Part shown: positions 10,699 through 23,394 of the stretch, one piece after another
How the letters are laid out: every line of letters starts with the position of its first letter
Numbering within the stretch: the first letter of the stretch is position 1
Source of the DNA: Fistulifera solaris
Taxonomy: Eukaryota
Assembly: GCA_030295235.1 (NCBI GenBank)
Contig: AP026151.1
Location: forward strand, 248,001-312,000
Direction: 5' to 3'
Length of the DNA: 64,000 nt
The notes under the pieces: model-generated
Database searches by the model: none
Told to the model about the DNA's origin: nothing
The model's input: only the letters and a program-made list of their open reading frames with translations
Translations under genes and position numbers: made by a program

Positions 10699-11446
10699 TC
10701 GTCTTTTCAATGTTATTCTGTTTTTATGAGCAGTCCGATGTGATTAAGCCGAAATCCGAACCAAACAAGAAGTGATGCCAATTGCCAGAGTTTGTGGTCT
10801 CTCGAACAGCCCACGTGGCTTGTGAAAAAGAGCTTTCTGAGCTTGTGTACTGTTGTATCAAAAACGCACCCAGTTTCAGAAAGCATTTGAGGACGTGGCT
10901 TGACGCAGCAATCGTGTTTCTGAGATGATACTCTATCTGGAATGGCGTCATCCGATTTTTCAGAAAGTTATCTTCTGTCTGTTAGGAACGTCATTCACGT
11001 CTTCAAACTTCAAACCAAGCTAGTCGCTACCAAGGAAACAAGCTCGCTGCTCCTGCTCGCCTTAGTCTAGCTAATGTCAACGGTGAAAAGGAAATACTCC
11101 GTAATAGTCCGTGCGGTCCGAAGTAAGTGATTGGGTCTCGCTTCATGCGTCGCACAGGCTCTTCCTTTGCTAACATGCTAACAAGCTAACAGGATCCTTC
11201 CCTTCAGCCTTTACACCAGCCTCTGACTAGAGGGTGTTGATTGATTCTGATATGTGCTGCCTTAATCGCGTCAAATTTCTCACTGCATTAGCGCGTCGAC
11301 GGAGCTGATAAAATATAAAGCGATCGGCTCTCGCATCCACAATCCACCTAAATGACTGTTGAAAGTAGATACAAAGCCAAAGACGGTATACCATTATAGA
11401 TTTAGTACAAGTCGATCGAAAATGTTTGTCTTAACACTGATGCGCT

Positions 11447-12184
11447 TTAGGATCCCTTTTCCTTTTTGGCTTTTGGTAACCGAACCGCCTTGACAATATC
11501 ATTGGAAAGTTTCTTCATGCGGCCTTTGATATTAATGACTGTGTTCTCATCGTTTCGTTCCACTAGACGGCCATCGAGAAACACAATCTTGTCTTTCTTT
11601 GCATCGAAATATTCGACAATGACATCAAATCCTTTGTAACTTTGAAACATGATACCCGATAGCTCATCCGGTGCACCTGGGGTGGTGACTTCAATCTCAA
11701 ACTTTTCCCCGATTTCGACGCCAACCGCAGTATCCGATTCCAGGGCGGCTCGGATGGCCCGTGACAGCTCCACAATATTAGTTCCGCCTTCTGGTACTTC
11801 AGCGTCGACAATATCGTCTAGATCAGGACCAAAGAATGCTTCGCTTTCTATTATACTCTCCTCTAATTCATCATCACTGTTGTCGTCTTGGAGATAGGTT
11901 GTACCTTTGACTGTAATGATGATTTTTTCTGGTTTCCATTCAATTTGAAACTGATCCTCGCTACAGCCTTGCTTAATCAAAACGCTCCGTATTAGTTTTT
12001 CGCCCTCTTCTTTCAAACTAAAAACAACACCGTCGGGGCCTTGAAGTACTTCATGCAGCCGTGTCGTCGTAGCCTGTGGACGAATCAGAGACTGTGATGC
12101 CTGTGAGATCCATGCCGAGGAAGAAGAACCCGAAAGTATGACAAGAAGCAGGCTCCCTAGAAGCGAAGCAGAAAAAGGGCGCAT
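11447..12184 (-). CDS. rimP: Ribosome maturation factor RimP-like, plastid-targeted
   Basis: EIEVTTPG and FQSYKGFDVIV..GRLVER motifs; signal peptide ending SSA-W. Confidence 0.75.
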   Translation of the reverse strand: MRPFSASLLGSLLLVILSGSSSSAWISQASQSLIRPQATTTRLHEVLQGPDGVVFSLKEEGEKLIRSVLIKQGCSEDQFQIEWKPEKIIITVKGTTYLQDDNSDDELEESIIESEAFFGPDLDDIVDAEVPEGGTNIVELSRAIRAALESDTAVGVEIGEKFEIEVTTPGAPDELSGIMFQSYKGFDVIVEYFDAKKDKIVFLDGRLVERNDENTVINIKGRMKKLSNDIVKAVRLPKAKKEKGS

Positions 12185-12780
12185 TTCCCTTATTCTCTTA
12201 GTACGCGTAGCACTGGTACCGGTAGCTTAGTGTTTACTCCGTAATAAATAAACAACAAACACATCATCGATGAGTCCGAGGCGATCCATCGTCGTCATCG
12301 TCGTCCATCTCAGCCATCGAAACCATTTCTCCATTAAGGTTAGCGTGTATTAGCCTGTTTAGCAATCCATGAGGTCGCGACAATTATTTGTACACAAGCA
12401 TGAAAAGGGGAAATCATCGTCAACAACAACATCAGAATTATTCTTATCATAGTTTACTATTCAAAAGCAGAGCCCGCGGGCAGAGAATTTTCCTTTGACA
12501 ATAAAAGCTGTAAGCAATATCGGGGATAAGCCCCAGTCGCGAGTAAAGCGTCAAAGCATTTCAACAACCAAAAGCCGTAATCAACACTAAATGGCATAGT
12601 ACAACAACAACGCCCATCCTTCAACCGGATTGATGTGACAGCCAACGAAAAAGAGATCCAAAAATCCGAAAACATTTTTTTGCATCCGCTTTCACACTTT
12701 TCTTCTTTCACACCGAACGACGTTTGTGACTTTTTCCACCATTCAAACAAATGAACCTCGTCAAACAAGTAACATCTACC

Positions 12781-14283
12781 ATGGGAGCCGATAAGAAAGA
12801 ACTTCTCCGTCAAAAGACCGAAGCAGCCGAAGCCGCTGCCAAAGAAGCGAAAGAAGCCACCGCACGCGCGGAACGTTTGGCCAAGGAAGTCAAGGAGCTG
12901 GCCGAGCAACTCAAGAGTTCTGGCAAGAAAACGAAATCTACAAAGTCTGTTGTCAGTGATGACGAGAAGAAGAAAGCCGCAGAGTCAGACTCGGACAGTA
13001 GCAGTAGCAGTAGCAGTGACTCGGATTCGGACAGCGATGAACCGAAGAAGACGGCCTTGAAACCAAAGGCGGCTGCCAAAAAGGAAGAAAGCGACGATTC
13101 TTCAAGCGACGACTCATCATCCGATGACGAAGACGACGAAGCAGCTGATAAGATGGAGGTAGAAAAGACCGAAAAGGCTGCCAAGAAAGAAGAATCCTCG
13201 GATTCATCGTCGAGCGACTCGGACAGCTCCAGTAGCGAATCAGAAGGCGAGAAAGAAGCCCCGAAAGTGGCTGTCAAGAAAGCAGAAACTATGAAGAAGT
13301 CAGATGATTCATCTTCTTCCTCCTCCTCTGACAGTGACTCGGACGAAGAGGAAGAAAAAGAAGCCCCGAAAGCGAAGGCCGCGGCAAAGAAGGAGGAATC
13401 TGACGACTCGTCCTCTTCGTCTTCGGATAGTGACTCAGATGAGGACGAAGAAGACGACAAAGCTGAAAAGGCTCCGGAAAAATCCAATGGCAAGCGCAAG
13501 GCCGAAGATTCCGAAGCAGCTGCCCCCACCCCCAAGAAGGCTGCCGTGAGCGACGAAGCCACGGAAGGCAACAAGATATATGTGAGAGGTCTTCCGTGGA
13601 AAGCAGAAGAACACGAAGTGCAAGAGTTCTTTGCTGCCTGTGGTCCCATCAAATCGTGCGAGATGCCACTCATGGACGACGGAAGAAGCTCCGGAACTGC
13701 CATTATTGAATTTGAGACCAATGATGGTGCTGCCGCCGCGATTGAATTGAATGGGGGAGACTTTCAAGGCCGATGGTTGAGTATCAAATATTCCACTCCC
13801 AAACCTATTCTTTCGGCCCGTGAGCCTACACAGAAGCAAGACGGTTGCGTGACAGTCTTTGTGGGAAATCTGGCGTGGGACGTGGACGAAGATACGCTTC
13901 GTCAAGCATTTGGTGAATGCGGTGAAATTGTTTCGGTTCGATTTGCGACGGACCGAGAATCTGGCGAATTCAAAGGATTCGGCCACATTGAGTTCACCGA
14001 TACCGAAGCCACCGACAAGGCGATTGCTATGGCTGGTACCGACATTTTGGGTCGACAAGTCCGAGTCGACTATGCCAATGACAAGAAAGCCGGCGGCGGC
14101 GGATTTGGAGGTGGCGGTGGCCGAAGCAACGACCGTGGCGGTCGCGGAGGAGGACGCGGCCGAGGTCGCGGTGGTGACAGTGGAGGCCGAGGCGGTCGAG
14201 GACGCGGAGGAGGCAATTCTTTCAACGCGAAAAAGACGGGTGGAATTGCTGCTTTTGCCGGCAAAAAGATTTCGTTTGATTAA
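12781..14283 (+). CDS. Nucleolin-like protein (Nsr1/Gar2 type)
   Basis: Acidic Ser-rich N-terminus, two RRMs (IYVRGL, VFVGNL, KGFGHIEF), RGG tail, C-terminal FAGKKISFD. Confidence 0.92.
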   Translation: MGADKKELLRQKTEAAEAAAKEAKEATARAERLAKEVKELAEQLKSSGKKTKSTKSVVSDDEKKKAAESDSDSSSSSSSDSDSDSDEPKKTALKPKAAAKKEESDDSSSDDSSSDDEDDEAADKMEVEKTEKAAKKEESSDSSSSDSDSSSSESEGEKEAPKVAVKKAETMKKSDDSSSSSSSDSDSDEEEEKEAPKAKAAAKKEESDDSSSSSSDSDSDEDEEDDKAEKAPEKSNGKRKAEDSEAAAPTPKKAAVSDEATEGNKIYVRGLPWKAEEHEVQEFFAACGPIKSCEMPLMDDGRSSGTAIIEFETNDGAAAAIELNGGDFQGRWLSIKYSTPKPILSAREPTQKQDGCVTVFVGNLAWDVDEDTLRQAFGECGEIVSVRFATDRESGEFKGFGHIEFTDTEATDKAIAMAGTDILGRQVRVDYANDKKAGGGGFGGGGGRSNDRGGRGGGRGRGRGGDSGGRGGRGRGGGNSFNAKKTGGIAAFAGKKISFD

Positions 14284-14352
14284 CGGGATAACTATAGTTG
14301 TCTGTAACAAAATAAATACTGCAAAAATGCGCATCCTCAGTCGCCTATTTTT

Positions 14353-14913
14353 CTATTCTGTTTTCTTCTCCGCTTCTTCTGGCTTTTGCGGCCGTAATGT
14401 GTTATACACAAACAGTACAGTCAACAACATCAAACCAGACACGTAAAGTATCCACTTCATTTGATTCCCCACTGAAGCCAATTCCACGTAATGATCTGGT
14501 AGTTTCTCGTTCGGATAATGCTTACATCCGTAGACTACAATGTACGTTTCTAACAAGTCACACACCATCGCAACAGGCATCATCATGGCCGCATTCGGAC
14601 TCATGCCGGCGGCAGCTAATTGACCGTACAGATACGTTCCTATCAAGATCGGAGTAATGACCATGAACGGACAAAAATCCCAGGCCGCCATGTCCAAATA
14701 AGCTTGTCGTCCTGGTTCTCCCATATCATCGAACCACTGATTCAATTCATCCGATGTAAATCCCATGCGAAGATCCGGAGCCGCCCCGGCTCCGAACGAA
14801 TTGACGCGTTCATTGAGTGCTTTCATTTCTTGCATCGCGTACAGTGCGATCACAATGACCAGTGTCGTCATGAGATTGGATTGAGAGATCTTGTCGAGTA
14901 AAAGGAGAAACAT
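14353..14913 (-). CDS. Multi-pass membrane protein of unknown function
   Basis: 186-aa ORF with about 4 hydrophobic helices, PDLRMGF and CDLLET motifs. Confidence 0.7.
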   Translation of the reverse strand: MFLLLLDKISQSNLMTTLVIVIALYAMQEMKALNERVNSFGAGAAPDLRMGFTSDELNQWFDDMGEPGRQAYLDMAAWDFCPFMVITPILIGTYLYGQLAAAGMSPNAAMMMPVAMVCDLLETYIVVYGCKHYPNEKLPDHYVELASVGNQMKWILYVSGLMLLTVLFVYNTLRPQKPEEAEKKTE

Positions 14914-15049
14914 TGTGTTTGCTTAAGTGAAAACAGATCAAAGACTAATACAGAAAAGAAGGAATGGCAAATAAGAAATGCTTTTTGACGTTGCATTAGT
15001 CTTTTATTGCGTTGCAAGAAGATTGCAGCGTTAACGAGTTTTTTTTTCA

Positions 15050-15275
15050 CGAAATTTTCTGGGCACGTGAAAATAACACACCCCCACATTTTCTGGTATT
15101 TGAAAACAACACACTCCCACATTTTCTGGGTAGGTGCACACAACACACCCCCACATTTTCTGGGAACGTGAAAATAACACTCCCCCACATTTTCTGGGAA
15201 CGTGAAAATACTGCACTCCCACATTGGGTACGTGAAAAACCACACCCCCACATTTTCTGTGGATGTGAAAAATCA
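15050..15275. repeat. Minisatellite, about 6-7 copies of a 33-34-bp unit (CGTGAAAATAACACACCCCCACATTTTCTGGGAA)
   Basis: CACATT(TTCT) cores recur at ~15085, 15118, 15152, 15186, 15220 and 15249. Confidence 0.9.
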
Positions 15276-15579
15276 CATCAACGCGATCAAAACCGCGATA
15301 AGGTTAGCGTTCATCATCGCTTGACTGAAATAATGCAGTGGTGAAAAAGTCGTAAACACTACTTTAAGGCTATAGTGTACAGTCGAACCAATTGTTGCTG
15401 ATCATACACCATGACACCATGACCATGATGATCGAGTAAAAGGATCCGGTTGCACAATGAACTTAATGTCGATCTTCCTTAGGTTTTACTGCCAAAGACC
15501 AAGAGCATCAAATAAAAACATCCTCTCTCGCGTATTTGCTACTCCTGATTTGTATCCGTAGATTCTTTCCATTGGAAAC

Positions 15580-16516
15580 ATGGCGAACGTCACGGACGCT
15601 TTCATTAATGCTCTATCGGGCTCCGACCCGCAAAATTTAATGGAATACATTACACGGCAAAAAATATACGACAGTCGATTCTGGAAAGAGGAATGCTTTG
15701 GTTTGTCGGTGGCCGATGTTTTGGAGAAAGCCGCACAAAAATTACAGTGCATCGGAGGATTGCCGACGAAATTTCTCGCGCTGGCTCTCAAATTACTTCA
15801 AGTGCATCCGGAAACCGAACTGGTGATTGAATCGTTTATTCAACAAGAAGAATTCAAATATGTGCGAGCGCTGGGATGTTTTTATGTTCGCATGACAGGA
15901 AGTCCTCCCGATATTTATGAAGCACTCGAGCCGTTGTATCGGGATCGACGAAAACTGCGTGTATGGTCCGCGGCTTCTCAAGAATGGTCCATTTTACACA
16001 TGGATGAATACATCCACCAGCTACTCGATCCGAAGAACAATATTCTGGGTTTAGCGTTGCCGCGATTGCCGCAACGGCGTGCTTTGCAGGAAGCCGGCTA
16101 TCTAGCAGAAGGGCCTAGGCCCACGGCATTAATCGATAAGTTAGAGGCGCACGGCAACGATCCGATTGCTTACTTAAATTACAAAGCAACAACACAAAAA
16201 AAGTGCGGCGGCTCAAGAAGCATGGGAAAAACGACAATCGCGATTAGGATTGAGTAAGGGAAACGATGAGAAAAGCGACCACCCTGAGGAAAGAGAACCG
16301 AAGGAGAAACGAAAGCAGCATGACAGTCTCGTGGATAAGAAGGAACGAAAGAAACAGAAAGTATATGATAGCTTATTCAAAAAGTCCAGCGGCAAAACGA
16401 AGGAGGCTGAGATAGCTGAGGTATCAAATACTTCTGCAAAAAATACAGTCGAATTCTCTGGAGAGCAATGGAACGCAGAGCGTGCCAAACTTGGTCTCAA
16501 GCCGCTCAAAAGATAA
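15580..16516 (+). CDS. PRP38: Pre-mRNA splicing factor Prp38 (frameshift at the A-run ~16195-16202)
   Basis: GSDPQNLMEYITRQKIYDSRFWKEECFGL, EFKYVRALG, LEPLYRDRRKLR; C-terminus WNAERAKLGLKPLK in the next frame. Confidence 0.9.
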
Positions 16517-16605
16517 TTTTCAGTGTACCATGTTGATATGAGAAACATCTTCGAAAAAATATTTTTTACTTATACACAGCCGTACTCCTCATCATTGGCA
16601 TTCTT

Positions 16606-17206
16606 TTATTCATGATGATGACTCCTTTTCCGCTTCTTCTTCTTGTCTTTTCGTTCCTTGTCAACCTTTTTCTTTCTTCCTTTTTTTGGAGTCTTTTTCA
16701 TTGCTAGTAGCATCCTCTACAGCCGCAAAGACGGGAAAATCAATGCTACCACCAAAGATGCATTTCATATCGTGTTCCGATTTCTCCACAAACTTTGCTT
16801 GTCGTATTTTGTGATGCGTCGACTTGTTGGTTGGTAAGGTCAATGGCGAAGTCGTCTTCTTGCTCTTCTTTTTCTTCTTATTGTCAACTCCGTGATGTTT
16901 TTGCAATTCCGTCAATAGGTTCGAAAAGTGTCCCACATGATGATGCTGGTCGGCTTCGTACAGGCTCGACGATTTCGCTCCCAATCCCAAGCCATCTTTT
17001 CGTCTGACGACACGAATCCCCTCGGAAGATACTTTGTCACTACTCGCTTCACTTTCGGCGTAGCTGCTGTCGAGATTGCGCTGTCGCTTTCCTACGGCTT
17101 GACCGTCTTTCCAACCCATGCGCTGCAGAAGTTTCGAGCCGACATTGTCTTCTCTCCACGCCAGATTTCGGGTGTCTTCTCGTTTGGCTACCGCCACCGT
17201 GGACAT
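16606..17206 (-). CDS. G-patch domain protein (PinX1/Pxr1-like), frameshift near 16665
   Basis: NVGSKLLQRMGWKDGQAVGK..GLGLG G-patch and a Lys-rich tail. Confidence 0.8.
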
Positions 17207-17844
17207 GTCGATGCGTTCTATACAAGAAGAAAAACACAGGAAGTGCAAGAACGAAAGGCAAAGTCAATAGAAACGAGCATCAGGGGGGAAAAAATTGTAC
17301 GTAGCGGTCGTTCGCGTGTTCCGTGTCGTGTTTGCAGATTTTTTCTTTATTGAATGGTTCCCTCGAAACGAAGGGTGTGACGGACAGACGGAAGTAAGGT
17401 ACTGTGTACTGTAATAAGACCAATGTATAATTGAGATTAACCCGACTGAACAGGGAGTACAGTCCCGGATATAGTCGATTGCCTAGATGCTGATAAAAGA
17501 GACCGGCCCTGACAAAAAATATATTCCTACTTCATTATTGTTATTGCTTTGTATCTAATTGTATTGGTGCTGTTGTTGCTGGTGCTGATGTTGTTGTTAA
17601 ATCGATTGACGTTCAGCTGCCCTCTCTGCGCATAGCGCATAGCCTTCCAATGCGACATGACCCACTGCGACTCAAATTTTGGCCAACTTCATCCACGTGG
17701 AATAACCTACGTGACATGTTCACTCATTTCCTCGATCGATTGCGATTTTGTTGTGGTAGAAATCATTGATGGACGTCATCATCATCCCTTGAGAAGAAGA
17801 AAATCTCAAAGCATACTTTTGTCAAAGAACGGAAATAGAATAAA

Positions 17845-18739
17845 ATGTTTCACAAGAAGGCGATTTTAACATGGTTGGCGTGCATGTCGCTGGCTGCGAC
17901 GGACGCTTTCGTCATCCGATCTCCGTCGTCCTCTCTATCATCCATGACATCGTCGTCCTTTGTTCCTATGTCGGCAGACGATCACGGTGAACCCGTCAAT
18001 ACCGATGATCAAGTGGAAGAGGACTTTGTAGCGGAAGAACAAACCGAAGAAGAGCCACAGGAAGAACCGCAAGAAGAGGATCCGGAATTGGTGGCTTTGA
18101 AAGAAGAGATTGCCAAGTTAGAAGCGGAAGTCAAGGAAAAGAGACGACAAGTAGAGTATACATCCGATCAGGCCGATGAATATTCACAAGCAGGATATGC
18201 TCGGAAAGTAGCGGAGATGGAAAATATGAGAAGAGCTAGAAGTGTAAGTTTCGAATCCGTTTCCTTTTCCTATTTAATGCTGCTTTTTCATTTGCTCGTT
18301 CACTCACGCTATCGCTTTGCGCTTGCAGATGCTCAACACTTCCAATCGATCCAGTTCTACTGCAGTGTTACTTACCAAATTCTTGCCAACGATGGACAAA
18401 TTGAACGAATTAAGGGCTAAGTACGGGGAAGATAGTTTTGGAAAGCAATACAATGCTCTCCCGGGAACTTTGATGGCTGGCTTTTCGGCCATGGGTGTGG
18501 CGGATTTCTCCGTCTCTTCGGGTGAAAAGATGGATGCGGAGCGCATGTTGGCCGTGGCGGAAGAGTATTCGGCAGAATTACCCGCCGGAACCGTCATCCG
18601 AGAGGTTAGTTCCGGTTTGCAACTGGAGGGCAATGTGATTCGAATGGCGGAATGTGTTGTCAGTTTGGGACCCGAAACTAACGGTGATGAACCAGCAGCC
18701 CCGGCGGAGACGACCGAAGACGATGCTGGAGAGGCATAA
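17845..18739 (+). CDS. grpE: GrpE nucleotide exchange factor, plastid-targeted; intron 18244-18328
   Basis: ARKVAEMENMRR, FLPTMDKL, GTVIRE..GL..VIRMAECVVS; leader ATDA-F; GTAAGT..GCAG intron restores the frame. Confidence 0.9.
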
Positions 18740-19273
18740 GTGTGAGTCGTGGTCAGCACATGTGGCAGCTTCACTTGTTTTGAGACACAACTATTTACTG
18801 CGTAAGCAAAACGACGACAAGAAAAGAAAAATGGTTGGATATAGCACGTAGAGCAACGACAAAAGCAAACTTAGGCAATCATCATAACTTCCTATTTGTA
18901 GGATGACTCTTTGTGTCAGATGCTGTAGACGCGAGCACTCGGATTCTTTTTGTTGATAACTAGTTTGCAATAGTATTAGCACAAAAGGAGACACTCTGTA
19001 AATCGTGTTTGAATGATTATGATGTTTATGAGTGACAGCTCGGAGACGTCCGAGCAGCAGGCACAGTATGCGGATCCAGAAAACGGAGTATCTTTTGCCA
19101 TTCGGCCAGAAAGAGGCAATCGAGAAAAGATGCGTGTGTGGTTGTAATTTGGTACTGTATCGGTTTGAGTGGTAAACACGCTGGGAACTTCGGACGGTGT
19201 AAATGTCATGGATGTGGAATGCACCAGAAATGGAGATCAAGCAACGAATGATTGCTAATAAAACATTTTCTCA

Positions 19274-20378
19274 TCAAGTTGAGAGATCCATTCCAATTCG
19301 AGGAGCGTGATGCATAGAGATTCCCGCAGATGTGTGATGAGCATCCATGCTGTAGGCAGAGACATCATCGTCAGTTTCTAGGTGACTCAATGTAGGAGAA
19401 ACAATGGGGGATCGTGACGGGGTTACAATCTGCGACGTGGGTGCCATCCCCGAGACCGAAACACGAGCTAAGGTTTCTCGTATCTTTTGGATGTCCATTT
19501 CCAGGTCTTCCACTGTTTTTTCGAGAACCGAAATGAAGCATTTCTTGCGGTCCCGGGTCAACTTGGCGTGCATTCGGTTTCGTTCACGTCTGAATTTACA
19601 AAATTTAGAGCAGAAACAGTGGTTAGTCAGAGTGAATAGTATAGCTTTGGTAGGCTCACTATTACTTCTGAGGGAACACGTACCTCAGTTTCTGTAGTTG
19701 CTCGTTCGTCAACGTCTTGTGAAGTCCATTGTTGTCGCTGTAGACCCCAGTTTTCCAATTGACATGACAGCCTCCACCGAGAATCGTCAATTCACCGTCA
19801 ATGGACACCTTCATAGGTTCCGATGAAAGCCGATGATCACTGCTTTCAACGAGGAATCTTTTTCGCTTGCCTTCTGTCAACACAGCCACGTGTGTCTCAT
19901 TCTTTCGTTCCTTGTTCGAACGGAACATATCCTCGGTTACTTCATGGTGCGGTTCTTCTTCATTCGATGACATTCCCAGTAAAATGGAAGCAATACTGCA
20001 TTCTTCCACCTTTTGTTTCAAACTCTTGCGTTCATATTCGAGTTCTCTAACTTTGGATTGCAAGGCTTCCAGATGCTCCTTCTTTCGAATTCGAGTCTTC
20101 CGTGCGTGTTCGCGGTTTCGTTCTCTACTTTTCGCGAGCTTTTGTTCCCAGCTTTCTTTCTGGCGTCGGGATGTTGTTGTCTCCTTTCCAGTTGATACAG
20201 GAAGATGGTCGTACGAAGGAGGGGCCTCAGAAGTGTCAGAGTGCGTCATTGCGTGGCGTTGTTCTTCGAAAATAGATGACGGAATATTCGGCCCAGGAGA
20301 CGACAACGATTCTCCATGTTGCAGTGCTGCCACAGCGAATGCCAGCGAAATGGATTGATTATTATGAGACGGATTCAT
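19274..20378 (-). CDS. Double-bZIP transcription factor; intron 19683-19590
   Basis: SRERNREHARKTRIRKK and RRERNRMHAKLTRDRKK basic regions, each followed by a leucine heptad repeat. Confidence 0.88.
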
Positions 20379-20945
20379 CGTTCAGTTTGATTTGTAGTGT
20401 CTTCGAAGTGAAAGACGCATTGCTAGTTCGGCCCTTCTCCGACAACAACAACAACTGTGAGAATCATCCAAAAACAGTGAGAAAGCTCGAAAACGAGCAG
20501 ATTGCACCAGAAGGTATCCTGTTCCTTGAGATGCGAACCGTAGGGATGCATACGTCACTCCTACGTGACCGTCGTAGAATTCTACGACGGACCGATCGGC
20601 CAATGACCGCAGAAGAACGACTCAAAATCAGGTCGCGTCAATGGCGAGCACGGCGGGCGTACTCCAAACTTGACAGTCTTAGGAATGCCGTTGTTCGGCG
20701 ACAGCTGTTGAAACGCGAAACGAATGTCCCTTTCTACTTTGTGATTGACAGTGCTGAATTTGAAAAATGGCGCGAAAAAACAGAACCTGCGTCGATGAAA
20801 GAAGATCTTTGTCGTCTGTAATACGTACGGCGCGAATATCAGTCCTGCCCGTGATTCAACAAATGACAACAATAAACAAACAATAACAAAACAAAAAAAG
20901 CCGTCATTTATTCATTATTCGACAAACAACAATGATAATAATAGA

Positions 20946-22015
20946 ATGACAAGATTCATTATGTTCCAACAGCTAGCTCATCGGAAAAGACAGAATCTCG
21001 AAATGCAAGCCGAAATATCACCGCTCACATCCCAGCGAAAACGCCGCCGACAACGGTCGTGGACGAACGCACAAATCATGGCGTCTTGTGTAATGTTGCT
21101 GGTGATCAGCACGGCGGCGGGTTTGTTACTGGTATTTTTCGGTTTACTACTACGTACACCGCAAAAACAACCCATCATTCCGGGTCAAATCTTTATTCCT
21201 CACGAACCGAATCATCGGCACCAAATACCCCAACGTCTCGTCTTTACGCATCGCTACAATTTACTTACCGATGACTGGAAAGAAGACGCTCAGAATGATA
21301 TGACAACGGATGAACGAGACGAATTGATGGTTTTACAAAAAAATGTACGCGAGATTGTCAAGAAGCATCCTTCGGCGAGTGTGGAATTTTGGACCGACGA
21401 GGATTGCATCGTTGCTTTGAAACAAGTCGCGCCTGCGACGCAACAAGACGAATGGGTCCAGTATTTTCGTTCCGAATCGCAAGGCATGTTCAAAGCAGAT
21501 TGGTGTCGTGGTGTCGCTTTGCTGGAACAGGGTGGGGTCTATTTTGATGTCGATTTGGGGGTACGGCAGAATGTATTTGAAGTCTTGCAAACAAACACCA
21601 CCTTGGCGACGGTCAAAGTCCACCGTCAATCACAACATCCGGGGGCCTTCTTTCAAGCGTTCATTGCTGTTGCACCGCAACATCCTGTCATGCAGCGATA
21701 CGTTGATCTGTTTGCGGAGTACTATGCGGGTCGAAACCCCGCGAAAGGTCCGTTGGGTGTTTTGTTTTTGCGACAAGCCTTTGATGAACTGGTGGGGGAA
21801 CAGCCAGCGATCAACGCCACTACCGAATTGTGGCAAGAAGTATTGTACCAAAAATCCATGAAACCATACTTGAGCGACGATTTTAAACCACCCGTCTGGG
21901 GCACACGGCGGGCGTGTCATTTCCTCGTCGTCGCGCGGTTGGAAGTACCCTTGGTGGTGCCCTTTACAGCCGTATTGCGGGTTCGCGCATGTGCCCTCTG
22001 CAACAACGTAAATGA
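20946..22015 (+). CDS. Glycosyltransferase family 32-like (DXD) type II membrane protein; frameshift ~21965
   Basis: N-terminal TM, IPQRLVFTH, FKADWCR..GGVYFDVD; corrected end VPFYSRIAGSRMCP. Confidence 0.8.
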
Positions 22016-22230
22016 GAGGCTGTAATACATGTGTCGATGGAAGAGAATGGCGCTCTGACTGCTCAGTAAAGTTCGACAAGGTGAACGTCGAACGAACACA
22101 CTAAATACACAAAACACAACAATTTGTTTTGATCAATTTACAAAGGCACACGATACGAGTAAGGTAACAGAATTAGACCATAGACTTATATAGTCAAACA
22201 GACGAAAGGTATGTGCGTCTGTTCAGGAAG

Positions 22231-22644
22231 TCAATCCGTTTGACTTTGATGTTGAGAATCTTTGGGCTTTTTCACGGGAGACAAGCAAGAGCCCACCGGC
22301 AATCGTTGTGGCAATCGAGGATTGGCATCGTTGGTAGACGTTGACGTTGGAAGGGTCGAACCGGAAGTTACCTCGGAGACTTCCGTCGTGACCTCTTGTG
22401 ACATTGTCACATCACAAACCGGAAACGACGGGTTAGGCTCATCAATATTTTCCGTCGAGGACTGTTCCACCCAACGACAAGCCGGGGGCGTTAATGTGCG
22501 ATTCACACCTCGACGGGCGGCGGGTTGCGGTTTACCGACGACCTGCGAAGCAAAGGTGGCAGAATGTGCGGGAGGCACGGCGCGATCGTAGACGATCGTC
22601 CATTCCTGTTTCTTTTCTTCATTCTGTAATTGACTAGGATTCAT
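22231..22644 (-). CDS. Small low-complexity hypothetical protein
   Basis: 137-aa ATG ORF; no motif recognised. Confidence 0.45.
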   Translation of the reverse strand: MNPSQLQNEEKKQEWTIVYDRAVPPAHSATFASQVVGKPQPAARRGVNRTLTPPACRWVEQSSTENIDEPNPSFPVCDVTMSQEVTTEVSEVTSGSTLPTSTSTNDANPRLPQRLPVGSCLSPVKKPKDSQHQSQTD

Positions 22645-23367
22645 GATAGTTGTAGGTTGATAGGCTCAAGTGCTGTCTTGTCGAGTTGCGTTTGCGCAAG
22701 GAAATGAAATTATGAGACCTTGAGGAGAGATGTTATTGCGGCAAACAAATGTCTCCACAACGATCCCATAGACAATGTACGATTCGATGCGTTTTCAAAC
22801 GAATGGTGTCCCCCGTCCACGGCGAGAAATGTTGAGTGGTGAATTGACCTTTGACCCGACTAATAATGTTGATTCTTGAACAAAGTCCGGGGCCAAGAAG
22901 GGATGGGCTTAACGGAAAGTTTGATCAATCGCTTTGACCTTTGACTATCGAGGGGCTGTGAGAAGACTTCAACGACGTCGATTATGGTTAGCCAAGATCT
23001 CGCAAGGCAGCGTGGGATTTGAGACTTCTAGCAAATAAATAAGAGAAAAGCAATGGAATTGAACCATGGACAACAACACGTTGTTGGTTGCTCTTTGATA
23101 CTGTCCCACTCGTTTTCAAAAACTTCCTTTCCATCGGATGCCGTTAAGTCCATTTGGGAGAACGTATCTCGTTGAACGTATTATGAGTTGCGAGTTCTCA
23201 TTTAGTACACTAAAACTGTCAGTACCTTCTTCCCTAACCGCGTGTCGCAGAGCAGTACCGTCCCGGTTTTGGATGTTGTATTTAGTACTTCTTTTGTTAT
23301 AGTCAGTGTAAACTACTCCGTATGAATTAGACAGGTCATTTCGGTACCGTTACGATGTACGATGTAT

Positions 23368-23394
23368 TGACACGTGACACGTGACACGTGACAC
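23368..23394. promoter_or_regulatory. Tandem (TGACACG)n giving three CACGTG E/G-boxes
   Basis: TGACACGTGACACGTGACACGTGACAC read directly. Confidence 0.45.

Noticed and set aside
12810..14334. Long antisense ORFs over the nucleolin-like gene
   Set aside because: Shadow frames of low-complexity coding sequence.
15050..15275. CRISPR-like regularly spaced repeats
   Set aside because: Units are contiguous with no unique spacers, there are no cas genes, and the context is eukaryotic; it is a minisatellite.
18791..19240. 149-aa - strand ORF between GrpE and bZIP
   Set aside because: Non-ATG start and no motif; likely 3' UTR.
20276..20821. 181-aa + strand ORF overlapping the bZIP start
   Set aside because: No motif, and it overlaps the bZIP 5' region and promoter; probably spurious.
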